Part shown: positions 20,001-28,796 of the stretch, piece after piece
Position numbering within the stretch: the first letter of the stretch is position 1
Layout: the number at the start of each line of letters is the position of its first letter
Virus record (IMG/VR): IMGVR_UViG_2639762883_000003
Reading direction: 5' to 3' (one strand)
DNA from: an uncultured virus (IMG/VR IMGVR_UViG_2639762883_000003)
Lineage: Duplodnaviria > Heunggongvirae > Uroviricota > Caudoviricetes
DNA: 64,000 bases
Notes under the pieces: model-generated
Database searches by the model: none
Told to the model about the DNA's origin: nothing
What the model saw: only the letters and a program-made list of their open reading frames with translations
Translations under genes and position numbers: made by a program

Positions 20001-22359
20001 ATCCGGTGGCGGAAAAGGTTTCAATATTGAGGATAAATTTTCAGATAGTGGCCAGTATAGAATGGCTCATATTTTTAATAATGTTGATGGGAAAAACTCT
20101 GACGGTCCTTATTGGCCTGGCACAAATCTATTTCTAAATGCTGGACAAGTTTACACGATTAGTATATGGGCTCATAGTCTAGGCACCTCTGAACAGCCTG
20201 TTTCCTGGACATTGTGGCTTAATTGGGATAAGGACCATACGTATCAAGGTGTGTCCATAACTCGCACGACAAGCCCTTATTGGAGGCACTACTCAGCTAC
20301 TTTTACGGCAACTGTTGGTGGACAAGTTAATAATGTCAGAATAATTCCATATTTTGGAACAGGATCTGCGGGTAATGTCGGTGGGTCTGTTTATTTGCTA
20401 AAGCCTAAACTAGAACGAGGAAGTAGAGCTACTGACTTTTCAGTAAATCCTGCTGACAACGCAACCGTTGACGCAGTTTCTAGCATCTCTCAAACTGTGG
20501 ATTCTATTCAAACAACAGTACGTGGAAAAGTTGATGGCAGTACCTATCAGTCCAAGGTAGATCAATTAAGTAACCAGATAACTTCTGTTGTAGGGCAGGT
20601 CAATACCTTTGGTTCAAGAAATATTGTGACTAACTCACAGTTCCAATACGACTATCTAAGCGGACCATCTTGGACTACAACTGGTGCGACTACTGATATG
20701 TGGTACAAATCAGATTTTGCTTGGTCATGGGTTAATGGGTATCAAGGTATTTGCTTCAATCAACCAACGACGACTGACAATAGTGTCTGGTATGCTTTGC
20801 ACTCTAGAAGAATTGTTATTGGACAAGATATCTCGACTCCTTGGTCGGCTAGTGCTTATGTGAATATCGATACCGTTGGCCTCGCTGCGTTAATTACTAT
20901 TGAATTTTACGACACTAAGGGTAATCGTATTGGGCTTAAGGAAACGTATAAAACCAGCCGTGGAATGGAACTAATTAAAGTTGAAAATGCTGTTCCTCCG
21001 GCTGGAACTGAAACAGTTTGCCTTGCATTCCAAGTTCATGGTGGTGGCCATGTTGCTATGATATGCCCAATGCTCAACCAAGGAGCTACTGCTGCAGCCT
21101 ATGTTCCTGATAATGTAAGTAATGCAGAACTTGAGCACGCATATTCTGCTATACTTCAAACTAATGACCGGATTAATCTTCGTGTTGAAAAGGCGGGGGT
21201 TATTAACGCAATTAATATCTCTACTGAAGGAATCCAGATATACGGTAACAAACTGCGTATTACGGCGGCTACCTATATTGATAATGCAGTCATTAAGGAC
21301 GCCATGATTGCCAACCTAAATGCTAATAAGCTTACTGCAGGTACTATCAATGCTGCGAATATAAATGTAATCAATTTGAATGCGAACAATATAACAACCG
21401 GTACGATTAACGGTAGTAACTTATCAATTAATCTGAATACTGGTAATGTTGAGTTCCAGGCGGGACGTATCCATTCATCTAATAATACAATCGATATTAA
21501 CATTAACAACAAGTACATTTCAGTTGCTAATAGTAATAATCGTGTATTCATATCTGGTGGAGAAATTCAAATGATCCAACCAACATTATTATCACGTCAA
21601 GCTACCCCATATGTTCGGATCACTAACGAAGGGGCAGGGGCAACGCTTGGTGGTGCAACTTTCTGGGCACGTGATTATTTTGCGGTTACTCACCGATATA
21701 ATGATGGCAATATTTTTTCTTCACCAGGAGGGACTGAATCCTTTTCAGGAATTTCCGGGGGTGAGTCAACCGGTGGATGGCAAGTGACTAAGGTTGGTGG
21801 CGCAGAACGAGGCGTATTAATATCCGGGGGGCATTCGTATAGTAACGGCTACACTAGTTATTCTCCGTATATAAAAATTGGTGATAACGGTCATTCAGGT
21901 TCAGGAATGAGTGGTTCTAATATCGTCATGGAAGGTAATTATATTTATTTATTCTCACCTCATACAACATCTAAAGGTGCAAATGCTTATTTAGCCCCAG
22001 ATGGTGCATTAGTTCCATCTACTTCCGCTGCTAAGTACAAAACAGACATTGTTCGATCATTTGAAACTGAAATGGGAAACAAACTTTTGGAAGTTCCAGT
22101 TGCGCATTGGAAAGACAAAGAAGAAGTGTTAGCCAAAACTCGTGATTCCAATGCCAAAGATCCTGAAACTTATTTTGGAATGATTGCTGATGATCTGGAC
22201 GATGCAGGTTTGAAAGAACTTGTAGATTACGATGATAAAGGTGAAGTCAGAGGGATTCAATATGACCGAGTAGCATTATCGCTTATTCCATTGATTCGTA
22301 ACTACCGAGATCGCATAACTGAATTAGAAACTGAAGTCAAACAAATGAAAGAGGTATAG
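17041..22359 (+). CDS. Baseplate hub/tail fibre with repeated coiled-coil + carbohydrate-binding-like modules and C-terminal intramolecular chaperone (S74-like)
   Basis: 1772 aa; GxNLL...KLExG..ATD modules; C-terminal SAAKYKTDI, GMIADDL, YDRV..L, terminal coiled coil. Confidence 0.85.
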   Translation: MIKQSDLALAAWKATERTLDAVVTINKIDYKTTDIASISYDAGGYTGDTFGIGSNYENSVTIKFAHLIEGLKPGMTVWPKIGIKTSNGYEYSSLGLFIVSDDIQMDRNNDETTIKAYDQMCLLEGTYTSKLTYPAKMTSVIAEIANLAGVLLNTTDISRLPVQVNLPSAITGQTYRNAIGMIAQFYAGFATFDRDGKLTIRTITEPDYTLDPSQYEQGGLTKNEAPYKIGGIQCEVTTTTTDSTGQSTETTNTLQVGATSGSQIKLTNNLMTMDRLTSIWQQLQSLTFYPFSLNWFGNPAIEAGDWLTLQDTKGNKFNVPNNGYTMTFDGSLSAVSKADQTSTSSSSYAWRGELSQYVADLGGRQGASGNYIYGTDTTEPPYGAKFNDIWYKQNGNKVELWTYERQADGTGKWVLTVSDATGEEVKAKVDQVELEAKASTDAAKAVSDKADQLAAKYDDTNALTHQALDRAVSAQSDASSAVATANSTASGFGKVSQKANSALANALGAQSDASDAVEQASSAAADSKNAKQIAGAVSQSYKTLTNGSTMTIAELENGLATKLTKTDLDGYATQTWAQNQIKMTADGINGTMSSIKNTVDGQTTDINDLKADSSSFKSQFTTVNNTLGKQTTDIGNLQATSKELTTGFNTLISDNNTNKNDISQLKQTATEVSSTLETVQTQVQNSAVGTNLLIGTTSSEKSYTGDFSTVPSWGDHYASQVAVNAGSTYTYSIYLTKLTGSFVLGYWGYDSNEKYARWVPSGANSSLGKVSWTFTVPSGVSYVVPHVVHASDNFACTAKEEKLELGSHATDWCLNPTETATVTAFSKLSQTVDGMKLDISKKIEQKDLNGYATQTWTQNQINTTADGINATVSSVKTTVNGHATSINDLKADSSSFKSQFTTVNNTLGKQTTDISALQATSKSLGASFDSLSSDNKTNKHNIGQLQASATKFNSTLMTVQQQVTDSAVGVNLLRNTRTLDGWKVWAGSGGGKGFNIEDKFSDSGQYRMAHIFNNVDGKNSDGPYWPGTNLFLNAGQVYTISIWAHSLGTSEQPVSWTLWLNWDKDHTYQGVSITRTTSPYWRHYSATFTATVGGQVNNVRIIPYFGTGSAGNVGGSVYLLKPKLERGSRATDFSVNPADNATVDAVSSISQTVDSIQTTVRGKVDGSTYQSKVDQLSNQITSVVGQVNTFGSRNIVTNSQFQYDYLSGPSWTTTGATTDMWYKSDFAWSWVNGYQGICFNQPTTTDNSVWYALHSRRIVIGQDISTPWSASAYVNIDTVGLAALITIEFYDTKGNRIGLKETYKTSRGMELIKVENAVPPAGTETVCLAFQVHGGGHVAMICPMLNQGATAAAYVPDNVSNAELEHAYSAILQTNDRINLRVEKAGVINAINISTEGIQIYGNKLRITAATYIDNAVIKDAMIANLNANKLTAGTINAANINVINLNANNITTGTINGSNLSINLNTGNVEFQAGRIHSSNNTIDININNKYISVANSNNRVFISGGEIQMIQPTLLSRQATPYVRITNEGAGATLGGATFWARDYFAVTHRYNDGNIFSSPGGTESFSGISGGESTGGWQVTKVGGAERGVLISGGHSYSNGYTSYSPYIKIGDNGHSGSGMSGSNIVMEGNYIYLFSPHTTSKGANAYLAPDGALVPSTSAAKYKTDIVRSFETEMGNKLLEVPVAHWKDKEEVLAKTRDSNAKDPETYFGMIADDLDDAGLKELVDYDDKGEVRGIQYDRVALSLIPLIRNYRDRITELETEVKQMKEV

Positions 22360-22365
22360 TTGATT

Positions 22366-22815
22366 ATGACAGCAAAAAAAGAAACCTTAACGTTCACAAA
22401 TGGAGAGTTGGTGGCTATAGGAAACACATTGTCAGAATTCAAACTAAAAGGTCGTGCTTCGCTTGGTCGCACGTGGTTAATTGAACATCTTGAAGATTTA
22501 AACAAACAATTCAATGCAGACCAATTAGCGACACAAAAGAATTTTTTCAAAACTGATGAGGACGGTAATTTTGTCTACAAAGAAGACAACAAAACGTTAA
22601 TTCTTAAAGATGATTACACTATGGAGGAGGCTCAAAAAGAATTCGACCAATTGGTAAGCGAACACGTAAGCATTGAAATTAGCTCATATTCAGAACGAAT
22701 GAAGGCTTTATTCCATGCGCTTGAAGATTATCCATACGAATTGGAAGGCCAAAAAGCATTAGTATACGCATTAGTTGTCAATCAATTTGATAAAGCATAC
22801 GGAAAAGGGGAATAA
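22366..22815 (+). CDS. DUF1617-like phage protein
   Basis: LKGRASLGRT motif; homologous to 61801..62292. Confidence 0.6.
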   Translation: MTAKKETLTFTNGELVAIGNTLSEFKLKGRASLGRTWLIEHLEDLNKQFNADQLATQKNFFKTDEDGNFVYKEDNKTLILKDDYTMEEAQKEFDQLVSEHVSIEISSYSERMKALFHALEDYPYELEGQKALVYALVVNQFDKAYGKGE

Positions 22816-22817
22816 CA

Positions 22818-23252
22818 ATGGACTTATTAAACACTAGCATCTCTTATAATATAGATGGAACTGGTAATACGAGTTCTGTAATTGCAGGTCTTCGTGGCGA
22901 AGTAGAAGGTCGAGTAACTATTACGGCAAACATCACCATTTATCCGACAGACTTAGCCGAAGGAACTACGTTTGATGACCTTTCTAAGAAGCAACTATTT
23001 GCGTTAGCCACTAAGAAGCTGCCGGTTGCATTACCAAAGCTATCTTACTCAAACTACCAGTTCTTCGTCCAGAACGATGTACCGGTTCGTCTGACGGCAT
23101 ATTCAGACCTAAGCAGCAATGGCAGTTATATTTCATTAAGTTCAACTCTCGACCAGTCTGATTTCAAAGATAAACCTATCGGATCAATCGGTTATGAAGA
23201 TGTAAAATCTGCAGTTAAAACTATTCTTACTCAAGAATTTCCGACATCATAA
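22818..23252 (+). CDS. Hypothetical tail-region protein
   Basis: C-terminal half near-identical to 62294..62740. Confidence 0.7.
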   Translation: MDLLNTSISYNIDGTGNTSSVIAGLRGEVEGRVTITANITIYPTDLAEGTTFDDLSKKQLFALATKKLPVALPKLSYSNYQFFVQNDVPVRLTAYSDLSSNGSYISLSSTLDQSDFKDKPIGSIGYEDVKSAVKTILTQEFPTS

Positions 23253-23278
23253 TTATTTTATAGAGAGGATGTTGGAAG

Positions 23279-23659
23279 TTGATGGGAATTAGACGAAATT
23301 ATTCAATATTGATGACGGGCGTTGAAATCATTATGATTGGCGCTTTTTTTGTTGCCCATACATTCCGGTTTGACCGGCCTGATTTATTAAATAACCTTGC
23401 TAGCCACATTGACGACCCGCCATTTGCAACCATCAATATTATCATCGGAACGGTCATTGTCATGGTAGCCATCTTTGATATTCGACCGTTGATAAAGTGG
23501 TGCTACGCGGTGGCGGCTTTTATTTGGACGATTTATGGTTTGGCTTTTATGTTGCAGAACATTGAAGTTATGGGGCAACCATTTGGCCGGTTAGACTGCT
23601 GGTTGATGTTTGCCATTGCTGGCCGTGTCATTCTTGAATCATGGGCGGGTGATGACTAG
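23279..23659 (+). CDS. Four-TM membrane protein preceding lysis cassette
   Basis: Four hydrophobic segments. Confidence 0.7.
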   Translation: MMGIRRNYSILMTGVEIIMIGAFFVAHTFRFDRPDLLNNLASHIDDPPFATINIIIGTVIVMVAIFDIRPLIKWCYAVAAFIWTIYGLAFMLQNIEVMGQPFGRLDCWLMFAIAGRVILESWAGDD

Positions 23660-23931
23660 TGAACTGGACGGTGATTATTCAATCGGTACTAACGTTTGCT
23701 GGTGGCTTTGCAGCTGCTTACTGGTCATTTAAAGGCAGTGTTAAGAAAGCTAGCTTTAGTAATGAAGGAATTTATGCAGATAAGACCGGTGACTTGTTTG
23801 AGCGAATCGACAAGCTTACCAATGAGCGTGACGATCTGAAAGAACAAGTTATGAAGCTTCAAGGTGAGGTCAAAGATTTGACCAAAGTAGTCAAAGAGAT
23901 GAAGCAAGAAATGAAGGAGCGTGATAAATAA
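23659..23931 (+). CDS. Single-TM coiled-coil protein (lysis accessory-like)
   Basis: N-terminal TM then heptad repeats; coupled to holin. Confidence 0.65.
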   Translation: MNWTVIIQSVLTFAGGFAAAYWSFKGSVKKASFSNEGIYADKTGDLFERIDKLTNERDDLKEQVMKLQGEVKDLTKVVKEMKQEMKERDK

Positions 23932-24201
23932 TGATGGAATTAATCCAATTTATTAACGGTACCACGATTGCGGCAATCGCCGTAGTAACATATTTAGTTG
24001 TTTGGGCGATTAAACAAACTCAATTCAGCAACAAATATTTACCAATTATTGCCCTTGGTGTTGGTGCAGTGATTGGTATTTTTATTGNNNNNNNNNNNNN
24101 NNNNNNNNNNNNNNNNNNGTGTGATTGCAGGTGCCGTCAGCGTCGGTGGTAATGAGCTAGCTAAATCGATTGGGACAATGTTTAATGGAGGTGCAAAATA
24201 A
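23931..24201 (+). CDS. Holin (interrupted by N gap 24088-24118)
   Basis: Near-identical to 63325..63609; hydrophobic; directly upstream of lysin. Confidence 0.85.
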
Positions 24202-25106
24202 TGAGTTTAAACGGATTTGATGTAGCCAGTTATCAGGCTGGTATGAATGTGGGAAAAGTTACAGGCGACTTTGTGTTGGTGAAAGCAACCGAGGGTATTG
24301 ATTATACTAACCCAGAATTTAATGAACACGCAAAGCAGACTTTGTCAGCTGGCAAGAAGCTAGGCGTGTACCACTTTATTCGAAACGACTCGGATATTAA
24401 GCAGCAGGCTGATTACTTCTTAATGGTTGTTAAGCCATATATTGGTAAAGCAATGCTGGTTCTTGATTTTGAAAACACGACAGGTTCAACCATTCAAAAC
24501 CAAACAGGCGTCGGCTTAGCGAAGCAATGGTTAGATTACGTTTATCAACAGACTGGTGTCCGATCAGTGCTTTATACGGGGGTTAGCTGTGAGAACTCAT
24601 TGGATTGGTCATCCGTGGTCAAGGCCAACTATGGGTTATGGATTGCTCAGTATAACAACTACAACATCGTAGATGGTTATCAATCACGAGATCTATATGG
24701 TAGTTTGAAGCATTGGAAGACTGCGGTAATGTTCCAATACACGAGCACTGGACGATTACCGGGCTGGAATGGCAACCTTGACTTTGATGTGTTCTACGGT
24801 GACAAAGCTGCTTGGGATAAGTACGCTAAGGCTACTAAATCAAGTAAGCCCGTCTCAAAGTCTAAGCCGGCGGGACCTAAGTGGGTCAAGGAAACCAAGA
24901 CTTATACGCTTAAGACAGCCGTGAAGCTTCGAACAGGTGCGTCTACGGGCGCTAGCGTGATTGCAGTGTTACCAGCTGGTTCAACGGTGAGAACCGATCA
25001 AGCCATCATTCAAGGTGGTTATCGTTGGGTGCGCCAACCACGGTTGAACGGCTATGCTTATATGGCAACTGGCCCAGCTAATAATACTCTTGAATATGTG
25101 AAATAA
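24201..25106 (+). CDS. Endolysin, GH25 muramidase + SH3-like cell-wall binding domain
   Basis: DVASYQ, KATEG, GVYHF, LDFE, WIAQY, QYTS, C-terminal GYRWVRQPR. Confidence 0.93.
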   Translation: MSLNGFDVASYQAGMNVGKVTGDFVLVKATEGIDYTNPEFNEHAKQTLSAGKKLGVYHFIRNDSDIKQQADYFLMVVKPYIGKAMLVLDFENTTGSTIQNQTGVGLAKQWLDYVYQQTGVRSVLYTGVSCENSLDWSSVVKANYGLWIAQYNNYNIVDGYQSRDLYGSLKHWKTAVMFQYTSTGRLPGWNGNLDFDVFYGDKAAWDKYAKATKSSKPVSKSKPAGPKWVKETKTYTLKTAVKLRTGASTGASVIAVLPAGSTVRTDQAIIQGGYRWVRQPRLNGYAYMATGPANNTLEYVK

Positions 25107-25109
25107 CAC

Positions 25110-25151
25110 AAAGCCCCACACTGACCATAATGGTTGGTGTGGGCTTTTTTT
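25110..25151 (+). terminator. Intrinsic terminator after lysin
   Basis: AAAGCCCCACAC...GTGTGGGC followed by T run. Confidence 0.8.
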
Positions 25152-25445
25152 GTTGCTCACTTCATGTATTTTACCCGCCTAGGAGTTTTAGTGCATTTTT
25201 AGAATCGCTATACTCCTTGATACGCAAGGGATTACAGTATGTCAAATCTTTCTTTGTGCTTTTGAGATGTCTGAAATAGAATTGGTGTTGGAATGCACTA
25301 AAAGTGCACCAAAAAGTCAATCTATATCTTTTTTGAGCGTTTTTCCAAAAAATAAAGCCCCGATTTCTCGGGGCTTTCAGCGGTTAAGAGCCGCTACGGC
25401 TAATAAAATTATGCCCCAGGCAGGATTCNAGCGTTTTTCCAAAAA

Positions 25446-25472
25446 ATAAAGCCCCGATTTCTCGGGGCTTTC
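25446..25472 (-). terminator. Phage-supplied terminator downstream of tRNA 3' fragment
   Basis: AAAGCCCCGA-TTTC-TCGGGGCTTT palindrome with A-run on its left. Confidence 0.7.
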
Positions 25473-25500
25473 AGCGGTTAAGAGCCGCTACGGCTAATAA

Positions 25501-25522
25501 AATTATGCCCCAGGCAGGATTC
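25501..25522 (-). repeat. att core: tRNA 3' end fragment at P1/P2 junction
   Basis: Minus strand GAATCCTGCCTGGGGCATAATT = T-loop end + T-stem + acceptor 3' strand + discriminator A; beside integrase 3' end. tRNA identity not determinable here. Confidence 0.8.
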
Positions 25523-25670
25523 ACGCTTGTTGGTATGACTAGCTTTATATGTGTAACGTGCAAAAAGCGTGCAAAATTATTCGGCAATTTCTTNAATTAT
25601 GCCCCAGGCAGGATTCACGCTTGTTGGTATGACTAGCTTTATATGTGTAACGTGCAAAAAGCGTGCAAAA

Positions 25671-26801
25671 TTATTCGGCAATTTCTTTAACTGATTTTGG
25701 GGCGGTAATGTCATCTAAATATTGTTCGATTTTGTTATCAGTTTTAACTTTATATTCTTCAATCAAATATGAATAGACCCTTGTAGTTGTTGCTAAATCA
25801 GAATGACCAAGACGCTTAGATATTGCATACAGATCAGCACCACAGTAAAGTAAGTAAGCTACGTGAGTATGCCGTAATGAATGAAAGTGAAACCCAGCAC
25901 GTTTAATATTTAGGGACTTTAGTGATTTCCGTAGTGTCTTATTAACCGCTGCAGATGTTGGTACAGTTCCGTATTGATTAATGAATATTAAATTTGCACG
26001 TTTATGTTGCTTCATTTCGATAAACATATCAGTTAATTCTTGATTGATGCGAATAATTCGGTTTGAAGATTCGTTTTTAGTTGGAATTAATTCTTGAGTA
26101 CTTTCATTAAGTGCATGTCTAACTGTGATAGTCTTAAAGTCAATGTTTATATCTTTCCACTGTAGCCCTTGAATTTCGCCTAAACGCATACCAGTATAGA
26201 TAGCAGTCAGAATCATTTGGTGTGAAGTAAAGTTTTTGTTAATGTGATTAAATGAATATTCTGAAAGTTGTTGGATTTCTTGAATATTTAAATACTCAAT
26301 CTTGCGTGACTTTTTGGGATTGAAAACCAACTCAACATTTTCAGTAAAATCCTTAGTAATCATGTCTTCATAAATGGCGTTGTGCACGCAAGCTCGAATT
26401 AGACTATTTACCTTTTTGACAGTATCCTTTGCATGGTTAGCACCGTAAGCATTAATAAACTGCTGATATTTCCGTCGTGTTATATTTTCAATTTCGGTTT
26501 GATTAAAATAATTCTGCAACTCATGGTAGGTGATTATATATCGATGCTGAGTTCGCTCAGAGATTTTTGCTTTTTTAAAGTCTTCAAACCAAATATTGAA
26601 GTATTCTGCAAAAACGTGAGAATCTTTTTTGTCGTTTGGCAAAATTCCTAATGCAATATTATCTTCGATTGAATTGCTATAAAGCTGTGCGGCTTTTTTA
26701 GTTTTGAACCCAGCCTTACTAAAGGTTGTATATTTACCATTACGTTTCTTATAGCTAATTCTTGTTTGCCAACTTCCAAAGCGTTTTGTAATTGATGCCA
26801 T
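25671..26801 (-). CDS. int: Tyrosine integrase
   Basis: TGMRLGEI, FHSLRH, LGH...Y catalytic motifs; N-terminal GFKTKKAA arm-binding motif; GGAGG RBS. Confidence 0.96.
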   Translation of the reverse strand: MASITKRFGSWQTRISYKKRNGKYTTFSKAGFKTKKAAQLYSNSIEDNIALGILPNDKKDSHVFAEYFNIWFEDFKKAKISERTQHRYIITYHELQNYFNQTEIENITRRKYQQFINAYGANHAKDTVKKVNSLIRACVHNAIYEDMITKDFTENVELVFNPKKSRKIEYLNIQEIQQLSEYSFNHINKNFTSHQMILTAIYTGMRLGEIQGLQWKDINIDFKTITVRHALNESTQELIPTKNESSNRIIRINQELTDMFIEMKQHKRANLIFINQYGTVPTSAAVNKTLRKSLKSLNIKRAGFHFHSLRHTHVAYLLYCGADLYAISKRLGHSDLATTTRVYSYLIEEYKVKTDNKIEQYLDDITAPKSVKEIAE

Positions 26802-26912
26802 AATATTTTCCTCCAATATGATATACTAAAGGAGCCATTAAGTCCTTTAGTGATTTAATTCAGGTTGAGCACATCCATCTTCTTGGCGGGAGGGGATATG
26901 CTTTTTTGCTCC

Positions 26913-27270
26913 TTACAGGTCGTTATTAGCGAATGTATCTCTTAAAAGAACTAATGCCAACAAAGTAATCCACATTAAAGGAGAATGAAAATGATAGTAG
27001 AAAACAGCAAATATAATTCCAATAACTCCTACGATCATTATCAGCCACGAGACTAGGCTTGAAGTGTAATGTTTCTNNNNNNNNNNNNNNNNNNNNNNNN
27101 NNNNNNNNNNNNNNNNNNNNNNNNNNNNNNNNNNNNNNNNNNNNNNNNNNNNNNNNNNNNNNNNNNNNNNNNNNNNNNNNNNNNNNNNNNNNNNNNNNNN
27201 NNNNNNNNNNNNNNNNNNNNNNNNNAAGAGCATATTTCCAATTGAAATTCATCGATCTAACCATCTCCAA
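26913..27270 (-). CDS. Membrane protein spanning N gap (27077-27225)
   Basis: N-terminus MEMVRSMNFNWKYAL and hydrophobic C-terminus ...LVLLRDTFANNDL; gap length is an estimate. Confidence 0.6.
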
Positions 27271-27302
27271 TAATTGTTAAGTTTTATATTCAAAAATTTA
27301 AA

Positions 27303-27392
27303 CGCGAGCGGCAGGAGTTGGACCTGCATAGTACTCCAAGAAAGAATGGGCTTCAAGACTTGGGATTTGTTCTACCGTTGAACTACGCTCGC
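27303..27392 (-). ncRNA. tRNA-like RNA with non-canonical 41-nt anticodon/variable region
   Basis: Acceptor GCGAGCG/CGCTCGC, D arm GTTC-AACGGTA-GAAC, T arm GCAGG-TCCAACT-CCTGC. Confidence 0.7.
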
Positions 27393-27487
27393 ATAATCCA
27401 TATCCCAAACCTTGGTCGGTTGAGGGGATACGGTTATTTATTTAATCAGACGTAATAACTAGACCAGTTACGACTGATTAAATAAAG

Positions 27488-28111
27488 TTATTTGTTGAAA
27501 TTAATTGTAGTTTGATTATCAACACCGTAGTAATTTTCACTATCTTCGATTAGTTCAGCAGAGACAAACTTATACTGATTCATTTTCTTTATGTCTCCCT
27601 TTTTAGCAACCGCCTGTATAACCCCAGTCTTTTTTGTGCTTGGTTGAATCTTATCGCCAACCAATTCATCTATTGCTCCGTGATTAGATGAGAGCTGGGT
27701 ACCTGATGGGGTGATTAATTCAACTCCGTTTGAAGAAACACGCTTTTTACTATTATTTTTAAGAGAGTATCCCAGCTGATATTCATAGTAAGTATTGTTA
27801 AGCCGCTTGCCAAAATTATTTTCATCATTAGCACGTTGTGATTTCTTTGTTGTTTCAATTTTTAATAATTTGGCTTCTTTAAAATAATAAGTAGCTGATT
27901 TGGTGTTTATTGCCTTATTATGATAATTTTTAATAGCTAACAGTGTAATTTTTCCAGTTTCACTATTCTTTGTGTAGGTTCCAACTTTTTTTAATGGCCC
28001 TGACACTTCTTGTGAGTTGGACGAACTCTTACTGACGTTGTTACCACATCCAGCTAAGACAATCCCCATTAATAGCGTAGCTCCGACTGCTAAAATTCTG
28101 TTCATCTTCAT
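27488..28111 (-). CDS. Lipoprotein (DUF4352-like), possible superinfection exclusion
   Basis: Signal peptide with LAGC lipobox; lysogeny module position. Confidence 0.75.
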   Translation of the reverse strand: MKMNRILAVGATLLMGIVLAGCGNNVSKSSSNSQEVSGPLKKVGTYTKNSETGKITLLAIKNYHNKAINTKSATYYFKEAKLLKIETTKKSQRANDENNFGKRLNNTYYEYQLGYSLKNNSKKRVSSNGVELITPSGTQLSSNHGAIDELVGDKIQPSTKKTGVIQAVAKKGDIKKMNQYKFVSAELIEDSENYYGVDNQTTINFNK

Positions 28112-28295
28112 TTAAACATCCTCCAAATTCCCCAGCTTTTACCGACATCCGTATCTGGTCTATTTGTTCAGGTTAGCATGTCCCGATATCTTGCCGGATG
28201 GGGACACGCTTTTTTATATTCACATTCCAGTTTTATATCCAGAATCAGTCATTATCTGTTTGTAAACTTTCAATTGTCCTTTTGAGCCTTCGTCT

Positions 28296-28796
28296 TTAGG
28301 TGTGAATTTTTTTGCTCAAAACGTTTGCAGATAGTCTTACTAATGTTTCAATTTGTTGATCGTCGATGAAATCACCGGGCTCATTATCTGTAAAGGTCGG
28401 CAAGCCTTGAATTGCAATTCGACGTTGAGTGTGATTACTGTAAGTTTCAGGAATTGATTTGACAATTTTTCTTAAGTCTTTTCCAGCTTTACTGCCATCA
28501 TACAATTGTCTGTCAGTAGCATTATTAGATATTTTAGATAGCGTTTTTCCATCCTTTGTTGCACGTTTTATAGTGTTATAATCACTTCGTTCAATATTAA
28601 TGCCACCATACATAGGTGCCGCATAAAAGAACCCAGCTAATGAGCCAAAAAATAATAGGATGCTTACACCAATAACAATCAAGGAATTTTTTTTGGTACT
28701 ATGTCTAATTACTTGTACTATCAGATATACGATACCTACCCCGAAGATAATTAGAGCAAAAGTAGACAAATGTGCCCAAAACATCATAATAAACAT
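28296..28796 (-). CDS. Membrane protein, probably C-terminally truncated by homopolymer frameshift
   Basis: Two N-terminal TM segments; removing one base from the T7 at 28307-28313 extends the ORF to 28220. Confidence 0.7.
   Translation of the reverse strand: MFIMMFWAHLSTFALIIFGVGIVYLIVQVIRHSTKKNSLIVIGVSILLFFGSLAGFFYAAPMYGGINIERSDYNTIKRATKDGKTLSKISNNATDRQLYDGSKAGKDLRKIVKSIPETYSNHTQRRIAIQGLPTFTDNEPGDFIDDQQIETLVRLSANVLSKKIHT

Larger units (their letters stand above)
1..25522 (+). mobile_element. Prophage 1, late half (pac/SPP1-type head module, siphovirus tail, lysis), left part outside window
   Basis: Co-oriented terminase-portal-head-tail-lysis gene order ending at an att-like core. Confidence 0.95.
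25294..25576. promoter_or_regulatory. Putative integrase arm-type sites flanking att core
   Basis: Tandem TGCA-n-AAA repeats left (TGCACTAAAAGTGCACCAAAA, ~25294-25314) and right (GTGCAAAAAGCGTGCAAAA, 25558-25576) of the core. Confidence 0.5.

Noticed and set aside
24088..24152. Apparent holin frameshift/pseudogene
   Set aside because: Frame change occurs across an N gap of estimated length; the P2 copy is intact
25336..25687. Three att cores and tandem duplications (possible array or stacked att sites)
   Set aside because: Both duplications are exactly 93 bp (25336-25428 = 25430-25522; 25501-25593 = 25595-25687) and are separated by single Ns, typical of unmerged contig overlaps
26926..27280. 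Several overlapping X-rich ORFs
   Set aside because: Artefacts of the N run; one membrane gene is the simplest explanation
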